Virus record (IMG/VR): IMGVR_UViG_3300022178_003854
Coordinates: 1 to 26,905 of that record
Length of the DNA: 26,905 nucleotides
From: a virus
Lineage: Duplodnaviria; Caudoviricetes
Direction: 5' to 3' (one strand)
How positions within the stretch are numbered: the first letter of the stretch is position 1; each line of letters starts with the position of its first letter. Of this stretch, positions 9,785-16,658 are shown in pieces. The position numbers were made by a program, and so were the translations under genes. The notes under the pieces were generated by a model. The model was given only the letters and a program-made list of their open reading frames with translations, was not told where the DNA came from and made no database searches.

Positions 9785-9946
9785 TCACTCAAATGTTGCA
9801 TTTTTGGCAGATTGCCTAAACGCCTTAGCACTAGGAGCACCTTTCGAGCCTGGCTTTCGCATTCTCTCTGGTGTCTTACCTTGGGATTTTTGACGCTTAA
9901 TTCGCTTGCGCTTCTTGTGGATGTTAGCGTACAGGCCGTCACTCAT
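9785..9946 (-). CDS. 53-aa Lys/Arg-rich protein ending KNATFE
   Basis: MSDGLYANIHKKRKRIK...; the ATG at 9946 overlaps the end of the upstream gene and is preferred to the track start at 9979. Confidence 0.8.
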   Translation of the reverse strand: MSDGLYANIHKKRKRIKRQKSQGKTPERMRKPGSKGAPSAKAFRQSAKNATFE

Positions 9947-10214
9947 ACTTAGCACCTTTGCTTCTTGTGGACTTAGCACCCTTGCACTTCCAGCGTTTAC
10001 GGCTCAAGTTGTTAGGCGTGTTGGGATCGTTCTGCTTTTCTTTTGAAAGCCTTTTCTTAATTCCTAAAGACCTAGCGCAGTAAGAATCACCCTTCTTTGT
10101 TCCAGGCTTCACACGAGAACCACCGCCTTTGGCTTTTCCAGCCTGCCCGTAGGAGACTTTCTTGCCGCTAGCGGTGACCTTTACTTTCGCTTTACCTTTT
10201 CTTGGAGTAGCCAT
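9939..10214 (-). CDS. 91-aa Lys-rich protein with YCARS...KRWKC motif, ending KGAKYE
   Basis: Very basic. The C-A-R...W-x-C pattern is familiar from small aquatic-phage proteins of unknown function. Confidence 0.8.
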   Translation of the reverse strand: MATPRKGKAKVKVTASGKKVSYGQAGKAKGGGSRVKPGTKKGDSYCARSLGIKKRLSKEKQNDPNTPNNLSRKRWKCKGAKSTRSKGAKYE

Positions 10215-10216
10215 AT

Positions 10217-10242
10217 AAAAAACTAGGAGCCGAAGCTCCCAG
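10217..10242 (-). terminator. Rho-independent terminator after the coat gene
   Basis: The - strand reads CTGGGAGC-TTCG-GCTCCTAG-TTTTTT: an 8-bp stem, a cUUCGg tetraloop and a U6 tract. Confidence 0.85.
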
Positions 10243-10254
10243 AATCACACAAGG

Positions 10255-11517
10255 TTACTTGCCGAAGCCTTGACCCGCAAATAGCGGATTAAAGCAAGCA
10301 TACGCCGGAAGAAGGTCAAAACGAATCTTCTGCGTATTAGCGTCACCGTCTGCGTACTTAGACACACGGATGCTCATACCATCGCTGGTAGTTGCAATCG
10401 TGTCAGTTGAGTAGAGCTTAGGTAACTTAACAGTTCCAAGACCAAACGCTTGCTTGGTGAAGAACATATTAGGCTGATAGACAGTTGACGCAGCACCAAC
10501 GATAGTCACAACCGCGCCGTCAGCAGGAGCCGCGTCTACGTTGTTGTACTGACCGTTAGCTTCGTAGATAGCCGCGCCAGAGACTGTAATAGTCGCAGCG
10601 TTAGCAGCGATAGTCACATCCTCAAGGACTGTGCCTGTCCACGGAACAGCAGCACCTGCGCTATCAAGGATAAGCTCACGAGTAGCAACATTTAAACGAT
10701 TAACGCCTGCAATAGTTACTTGGTCTCCAGCTTTGATAGTGCCAGTACCCAGACCATCAAGAACCAAAGTCTGCTGCATGGTGTCCTTGGCTGTGACGTA
10801 AGTTGCGTCAGGAGCGCCATTCAGTGCTCCTGCACGATCAGTGGTAGAACCAGACGTATAGCTGCTCAGAGCGTTAGAAGTTAGTGCCATCAAGCCGCCA
10901 AAGTTCTGGCTGATTTGCGCTTTCTCCCAAGCTGTACGAACAAGGCCGTCAGCCGCATTCAAACCGTTCTGAGCTGATGACAGCGCAGTGGTTGTGAATG
11001 GGTTCATCAGATAGTATTTCTCGTCTGACATTGGCACACCAACAGAGTCCATCAACGCACCAGCACCAGCTACGTCTGACCATGCGTCAACAACAGTGCC
11101 GCGATCACCGTAGCTCAACGCTGCGTTTTTACGCATGAACGCGCCGAGGTCTAGCTCAAGGTCAGTTACGATTCTGCGAGCCATTGGCTCAAGGATTTGA
11201 TCTAACTGGTCTAGCTCCAAAGCCTCTTGCACGTTGCCCCACTCAGTGGCGGCTGTGAAATAGTTTTGAACTGTACCAGTTGCTTTACCAGCAATGATGT
11301 CAGACTTCGTGGAACCACTTATGTCACCGCCAGAAGTGCGGATTGTGTTGTAGTCGTGAGGACGCTTAAAGTCAACAGTGCTACCACTTGAAGGATTGAA
11401 CTTACCTGACAACAACTGAGTGTCGACAGTCTTTGTTACTACACGGGAAGCCTCGAATGCATCTAAAAATACACGAGCAACTTTCCGTGTGACGTTACTA
11501 CTAAGATTATTAGCCAT
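10255..11517 (-). CDS. Major capsid protein (P22 gp5 coat family)
   Basis: 420 aa. N-terminal MANNL, GSTVDFKRP, the insertion-domain motif IKAGDQVTIAGV, and C-terminal RFDLL. Confidence 0.93.
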   Translation of the reverse strand: MANNLSSNVTRKVARVFLDAFEASRVVTKTVDTQLLSGKFNPSSGSTVDFKRPHDYNTIRTSGGDISGSTKSDIIAGKATGTVQNYFTAATEWGNVQEALELDQLDQILEPMARRIVTDLELDLGAFMRKNAALSYGDRGTVVDAWSDVAGAGALMDSVGVPMSDEKYYLMNPFTTTALSSAQNGLNAADGLVRTAWEKAQISQNFGGLMALTSNALSSYTSGSTTDRAGALNGAPDATYVTAKDTMQQTLVLDGLGTGTIKAGDQVTIAGVNRLNVATRELILDSAGAAVPWTGTVLEDVTIAANAATITVSGAAIYEANGQYNNVDAAPADGAVVTIVGAASTVYQPNMFFTKQAFGLGTVKLPKLYSTDTIATTSDGMSIRVSKYADGDANTQKIRFDLLPAYACFNPLFAGQGFGK

Positions 11518-11533
11518 GATTGGATCACCTTAT

Positions 11534-12361
11534 TCATTCAAAAATTGCCCCCTTCGGTCCTCGCGCTTTAGGCGCTACACCAGCTTTCGCTGGCTGTTCT
11601 ACCGGGTCAGGAGCGGCATTTACTTTAGGTTTCAATGCAGCAGCCTTCTCGCGTACATGAGTTGCTATCCTTACAGCAGCTTGCGCCGGACTCATAGACC
11701 GGATGGTGTCTAGCTCGGTTACGTTCTGACTGAGGTACTTTGTTATAGCCGGACCTAGTTCGTCATCTAAAATATAGTTGACTACATCGTCTGACATTCC
11801 AAATGCCGCAACTTGATTACCTGCGGCTTGTAGTTCCTCGTTAGATATACCAAGCTGGACAGCTCGCTGCGAGTAGGTAGTAACCTTCTCATTCAAAGCC
11901 TCCTGCTCTTTGTATAGCTGTTCATTCTGCAAACGCTGTACTTCCTGTTGTTGGAAGCGTTGTTGTGCGTCAAATGCAGCTTGTCTAGCTATGGCCTCAT
12001 CGCGCATTCTGAGCTGTTGCTGATACTCCTGATCACTCAGGGCATAAGGGTCCGGCTCTTTCGGCACATTTGGCCTTTCCTGTTTTGGCATCTGTTTTTC
12101 AAGCGACTCTAGACGTTGCTTTAACTGTTCAGCCTCAAGCTCTTTTTCCCTGAGCTTCTTGACTTTTTCAGCTACACCTCTGTCGTATGCCTCTTGCTGT
12201 ACCGGGTCAAATCTGGCCCGTACCTTCTGCCAATCAGGCTTGGTTTGTTTCTCCTGAGCCTCCTCAGTATCCGGTGATGAGTCGGAGTCAATTTCTTGAC
12301 CTTCGGTTTCTACGTCTTCGAGCTCTATTTCAGCCTCATCGACAATATCTTCCTGTTCCAT
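11534..12361 (-). CDS. Capsid scaffolding protein, ending KGAIFE
   Basis: Acidic N-terminus and coiled coil, with GPAITKYL and MSPAQAAVRI motifs. Directly upstream of the coat gene. Start moved to ATG 12361, which has an AAGGT SD. Confidence 0.85.
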   Translation of the reverse strand: MEQEDIVDEAEIELEDVETEGQEIDSDSSPDTEEAQEKQTKPDWQKVRARFDPVQQEAYDRGVAEKVKKLREKELEAEQLKQRLESLEKQMPKQERPNVPKEPDPYALSDQEYQQQLRMRDEAIARQAAFDAQQRFQQQEVQRLQNEQLYKEQEALNEKVTTYSQRAVQLGISNEELQAAGNQVAAFGMSDDVVNYILDDELGPAITKYLSQNVTELDTIRSMSPAQAAVRIATHVREKAAALKPKVNAAPDPVEQPAKAGVAPKARGPKGAIFE

Positions 12362-12441
12362 CTTGTTACCTTCATAAATGCCGTCAAATAAATGGTGACG
12401 TTCCATGCCTCCAATAAAAGCGTGGAGTTCGCTGTGTTATA

Positions 12442-12468
12442 ATTATACCACATATTGTGGTTTTGCAA
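12442..12468 (-). promoter_or_regulatory. Sigma70-like promoter (extended -10) for scaffold/coat with an overlapping inverted repeat
   Basis: The - strand reads TTGCAA-N15-TATAAT with TG immediately upstream (TGGTATAAT). The spacer contains ACCACA-ATA-TGTGGT. Confidence 0.65.
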
Positions 12469-12476
12469 GCAATTTT

Positions 12477-12550
12477 TGGCGGGAGCGGCTATCTCTGGCT
12501 CGGTTCATGATAGATTTTCACCGGAGGATTTGCACCTCTATTACACTCCC
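12477..12550 (-). ncRNA. tRNA-shaped 74-nt element (non-canonical)
   Basis: 7-bp terminal stem GGGAGTG/CGCTCCC followed by G and CCA, with TA at positions 8-9. The internal arms are not canonical. Confidence 0.35.
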
Positions 12551-12557
12551 ATAAACT

Positions 12558-13847
12558 TTATACAAAAGCCCGTAACGCAGATTGCGTTGGATTTACACTT
12601 GACAACAGATCAGAGCTATCCATTTTGTCTGGGTCAAACTCGGCTTCAATGGAGCGGATGTTCTTAGGATCAAAGATTATATCAATCGTGGTTGGATCGT
12701 AATTTTTTGGGATTTCAGGAGGCAGAGCGACATCAGGAGTGTTGTTGAGCATTTGGTATGCTTTGTACTCCTCGCTTGCATCTACCTCATCAAGAAAATC
12801 CATCATTTCCTGACTCATAGGCTCATTTTTAGCAGGCAACGGTTTTATTGGTATTTCGTTGGACGCTTTGTCAAACACATTGTTAATTGATACAGAATCA
12901 TAACCTGCGGCTTGTGCTGCGTATGCTATATCATCTGTCCTAGCCACGCTGCCTACACTTGAATGCAGATTGGCTCTAACTGCATCAGGCAGGTTTCTGA
13001 CAGGAATTGAGTTAAAGTTATTTCTGCCGCCATCAACGACAAGATTGTTTCCTTTTCTTAAATATGAAGAAACAACATTTCTTCCATACTCACCTGCATC
13101 TTCAGGACTACTGGTAAACATTTGGTAGTTGCCAGCTTTGTTAGGATCGTATTCGCCACTCAGTCCTCTGTATGCAGTCCTCTCAGTATCAAACCCAAGG
13201 TCTTGCGCTCTCTGCATCCTAGCGCCTTGATCCATGTCTAAGCCACGCAGCGCCGAGCCTCCAGCTATAGCAGAGCCTTGCCTGCCGCCGCCTGAGTATA
13301 AAAGCGTATCTCCAATTTCATTGCCTGATCTTCTAAACCCAGAGGCCAAAGCTGGGCCTCCACCGCTAGAACCTCCTCCCATAACTATCGTAGGATCAAA
13401 CGCTACAGTCCTGCCTGTTTCTGGATCAAAGTATTCACCGCCTGATGCTGCGGCCCTTGCCTGCTCAGACATATACTCAGAAGTGCCAAACAAAGCATCT
13501 CGGAGGCTAGAGCCTACACCTTGTATTGCCTCTGCCTGCTCATCTGGGCCTCTGAAACCAAGGAATGATGGAGCCTCGCCAAGCATATCGCCCAACGCGG
13601 AAAGCCCCCTACGGACCGGAGAATAGCTAGGATCGTATTCGGCAGGACCATACTCAGCAGGGATTGTTTCGGTGATGTATTCAACACCAGAAGGACCAGA
13701 AGCAAAACCAAGAACTTGCGTTGACTCAGGACTCAATATCTCTCTGCGCTCGCCTGAAATAAACTGCGAAAACGGACCCGTACCGCCATACATATACTGG
13801 CGGCTTGCCATTTCCTCCTGAGCTAACTCTTGGTCTGTCTTAGCCAT
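12558..13847 (-). CDS. Protein with a C-terminal ADP-ribosyltransferase-like (ART-PolyVal type) domain
   Basis: Motif series AYRG...MFTSSPEDAGEYG..VVSSYL...AGYDSVSINNVFD...IIFDPKNIRS..AEFDP matches the ART domain of phage polyvalent proteins. Confidence 0.7.
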   Translation of the reverse strand: MAKTDQELAQEEMASRQYMYGGTGPFSQFISGERREILSPESTQVLGFASGPSGVEYITETIPAEYGPAEYDPSYSPVRRGLSALGDMLGEAPSFLGFRGPDEQAEAIQGVGSSLRDALFGTSEYMSEQARAAASGGEYFDPETGRTVAFDPTIVMGGGSSGGGPALASGFRRSGNEIGDTLLYSGGGRQGSAIAGGSALRGLDMDQGARMQRAQDLGFDTERTAYRGLSGEYDPNKAGNYQMFTSSPEDAGEYGRNVVSSYLRKGNNLVVDGGRNNFNSIPVRNLPDAVRANLHSSVGSVARTDDIAYAAQAAGYDSVSINNVFDKASNEIPIKPLPAKNEPMSQEMMDFLDEVDASEEYKAYQMLNNTPDVALPPEIPKNYDPTTIDIIFDPKNIRSIEAEFDPDKMDSSDLLSSVNPTQSALRAFV

Positions 13848-13849
13848 AA

Positions 13850-14443
13850 TTACCGCCTAAATGGATAAAGCGTGTCAGTGGGCAAGTCTTCACGGTTAAG
13901 CAAGAGGTCTTGTCCAGGTCTGATAGAAAGTCCTTGAAGCATTCTGCCTCTAGTTCCCTCGTTGTTTACGTTTGCAATGCTGTTCACGATGGCATTTTTT
14001 GCTTCCTGTAGGCTAGCGCCCTGTCGAGCCAACTGAATGCCAAACTTGTTATTGAAGTAATCAAGTCCTTCCGTTCTAGGATCGCCGCCTCGACTTTTGA
14101 CTTGCGCTCCCTGAATCATTTCCTTAGCCTGAGCACCAGCCCCTGCTAGCGGGTTTTGCCCAGCATAATAGGAAAACAAAGCATGATTCACAGCGTTGAA
14201 CACCTCTTCATCGCCCTTAATCCCAGTGTTCTGTCTAGTTCTTTTAGAAGCGTCTTCTGGCAGTAACAGCTCTACTCGATACTGCTTACCAATCAAGCCT
14301 GCATCTACCATTTGATTAGTAAGGTCTACCGCCTCTTGTGATATAGCTACTTGGCGCTCATCATCAAAACCGAGTAGCTTTGCCCCCTCATCAACAAGGA
14401 ATGAGCCTGCATCACTAAGAATTCCAGTTAATGGATTAGCCAC
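13850..14443 (-). CDS. Protein with a serum-amyloid-A-like helical motif (NAxxHA...E...DxxNNxxG)
   Basis: FNAVNHALFS...KE...LDYFNNKFGIQLA. The GTG at 14443 (AGGA SD 8 nt upstream, overlapping the portal end) is preferred over the track start at 14470. Confidence 0.6.
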   Translation of the reverse strand: MANPLTGILSDAGSFLVDEGAKLLGFDDERQVAISQEAVDLTNQMVDAGLIGKQYRVELLLPEDASKRTRQNTGIKGDEEVFNAVNHALFSYYAGQNPLAGAGAQAKEMIQGAQVKSRGGDPRTEGLDYFNNKFGIQLARQGASLQEAKNAIVNSIANVNNEGTRGRMLQGLSIRPGQDLLLNREDLPTDTLYPFRR

Positions 14444-16658
14444 CGTTAGCCATCCTAATAAGGTCCACATCAGACATCATAGCCATCCGGGCTCTACGCT
14501 CCTGCTCATCCATCATGTCGGTCATCTGCTCTTGGTTGTCTAGCTGATCACCAAATGCTTTGATGTTGGTGTGATCTATAACCGCCCCAGCTTTTTCTGC
14601 ATCTACCTGAGCTTTAATGCGATTGGTTTGGGCATTAAATACATCCACCTGGGTCTTGGCCTGCTGCGCCACAATCTCATTTTGATTATTTTGAGCATCT
14701 AATTGTATCCTCAATGTATCATTCTGAACCTTTTGAGCATCGACCTGTACTTTCATCAGGTCAGCTTCGGCCTTCATCTGCTCTGCCTGTGCGAGCACCA
14801 TAGCGGGATCAGGAGCCTGTCCTTGACCTTGAGCCTGCATCTTAGCAGCCATCTCTTCCAGCTCCTCATCAGTCATCTGAGACTGTGGGATAAGGCCAGC
14901 ATCAATCATCTGAATGCGCTTGCGCTCGGCAATCTGGGATGCTGCAGGTGTAGAAATATTCTGAAGCAACAAGTCACCAGCAATCTGCATTAGGCTAGGA
15001 TCGGTCTGCGCCAATGTTGTTATGGCCTCTATAGTCTCCTGCTGCCGATTACGGAAGCTAGGACCAGCGCGACAGATAACATCGTAAGTCCCAACCTGCA
15101 AATCATTAACAGTTTCAATCTCACCTGTTTCATTGTTAATAACTTGTTGATTGATTGGAACCATGTCATAAGACTCATCCTCTCGGAGTATTCTCACCTG
15201 CCGTTGTGTGTCATACACCATTGGGATAGCGTCTTTTAAGAGTCTGCCTGTAGCCGCTACAGCAATCTCTATGCTTCGGCTGTACTTGAATGTGCTATTG
15301 CTTCCTCGGTCCTGTAGTTGCTTGATGGCTACACCAGACTGCAAGCCTGGGTTGTCTCCCATATTCGCTGCGAACATACCGGAAGTCTGGCCTATGATCA
15401 GCCGCATTGATTCTGATATTCGACTCAAGCCAGGATTAACTTGCGCTCCACCCTGTTGCATGGGAACGGCAGGTGATTCAGGGTCTACGTTATAAAACTG
15501 TACAGGATCAGCATTAGTGTTCAGTGTCTGTAACTTCTTTTCATGACCAGATGCCTGAGCAGTTGTCATCCAATACTTCGCACGAGGCGCTAAAGCTCCT
15601 TCCTCAATCTCACGAGACACGCTGTAGTTCATTACTCGCTGCGGGTCTAGCAGCTTTTCAACTACACCCCAATAAATTGTTTTATTCTCAGATATCTTAA
15701 AATTAGCGTAAGCTGGCACTACCGGGATGCGACAGAACACAGTCTCCCGCTTATCCTCTAAGAAGTCCTTTGCGTCAAAAAACCGTGAGCATACATAATG
15801 CTTCTTGCGTGTTCTCCGCTTAACCTCAGTAACGCCGATTAATTTCAGATCATCGACAACCTTTTCATAAGCGTCATTTACCTCATGGACCTGACCATTT
15901 GACATCATCACCAGATCGCGGTCCTTTGACTCCAAGTACAAGAACTCTCCGACCACGACTACTTCAGCTTTGTCATAATACGCATCGCCCTCCCTGTCAT
16001 CACTTACGCTTTCGCCAGAGCCCTCTGGGAACCTGGACTTATATTCATCGACAGCCATTGGGTGCAATACAAAGGCATAACGGCTGTCTGACTTGTCTTG
16101 GGCCTCAGCCGCCGGGTCAAACCATACTCGATCAACAAAGTTACCAATATGCTCAATCGATAAGTCTTGATCAAAGCTGTTATCGTCCACAAACTTTTGA
16201 ATGACGCGCCAGCCGTCCATGCCTCCGATCACCATGTTTCTTGCCGCCTGCGAATAGACAGTCTTCGCATTAGACATCTGCTCGATGTTACGGATCATTC
16301 CATCAAACGACATAGCCAAGTTTTTAGTTGCGTCACCTCCAGCCGGAGATACCCGAATATCATAGTCGTTCTGCTCTATCTCAGAAGCTACCTGGTCTAC
16401 GATAGGATTGACCATGTCGAAAGTATAACGAGGCTTATTGTCGTTGCTGCTCCAGAATTCGGGCTCCCACTGACCATCTCGTTTATCCAGGAACAGATGG
16501 GCCTCTCTGACACGTTCACGATTGTCTTTGTCAGCTTGCTGGCACTTATCTAGCAAATTTATAACGTCTTGATGCTCTGAGTAATCAGCCTTGTAGCTCA
16601 GATCGTCCTCACCAGCACCTCTGTCCTCTAACTCTTTGCCATTGTCGTAACTAGCCAT
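14436..16658 (-). CDS. Portal protein (P22 gp1-like)
   Basis: About 740 aa with DGQW, VWFDP, GVVEKLLDPQRVMNY, SGVAI and GTYDV...GPSF motifs plus a Gln-rich barrel tail. Follows TerL. Confidence 0.93.
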   Translation of the reverse strand: MASYDNGKELEDRGAGEDDLSYKADYSEHQDVINLLDKCQQADKDNRERVREAHLFLDKRDGQWEPEFWSSNDNKPRYTFDMVNPIVDQVASEIEQNDYDIRVSPAGGDATKNLAMSFDGMIRNIEQMSNAKTVYSQAARNMVIGGMDGWRVIQKFVDDNSFDQDLSIEHIGNFVDRVWFDPAAEAQDKSDSRYAFVLHPMAVDEYKSRFPEGSGESVSDDREGDAYYDKAEVVVVGEFLYLESKDRDLVMMSNGQVHEVNDAYEKVVDDLKLIGVTEVKRRTRKKHYVCSRFFDAKDFLEDKRETVFCRIPVVPAYANFKISENKTIYWGVVEKLLDPQRVMNYSVSREIEEGALAPRAKYWMTTAQASGHEKKLQTLNTNADPVQFYNVDPESPAVPMQQGGAQVNPGLSRISESMRLIIGQTSGMFAANMGDNPGLQSGVAIKQLQDRGSNSTFKYSRSIEIAVAATGRLLKDAIPMVYDTQRQVRILREDESYDMVPINQQVINNETGEIETVNDLQVGTYDVICRAGPSFRNRQQETIEAITTLAQTDPSLMQIAGDLLLQNISTPAASQIAERKRIQMIDAGLIPQSQMTDEELEEMAAKMQAQGQGQAPDPAMVLAQAEQMKAEADLMKVQVDAQKVQNDTLRIQLDAQNNQNEIVAQQAKTQVDVFNAQTNRIKAQVDAEKAGAVIDHTNIKAFGDQLDNQEQMTDMMDEQERRARMAMMSDVDLIRMANGG

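Noticed and set aside
12362-12406. Longer scaffold start at 12406 (MERHHLF...)
   Set aside because: Its GGAGG is only 1 nt from the ATG and lies within a hairpin. ATG 12361 has a properly spaced SD and gives the typical acidic N-terminus.
12477-12550. Canonical tRNA gene call
   Set aside because: No D-loop GG in a proper D-arm, no 3' TTCRA arm and no assignable anticodon; kept only as a tRNA-like element.
950-16553. Numerous 60-130 aa + strand ORFs opposite the structural genes
   Set aside because: They are antisense shadows of well-supported - strand genes, with no SD or recognisable motifs.
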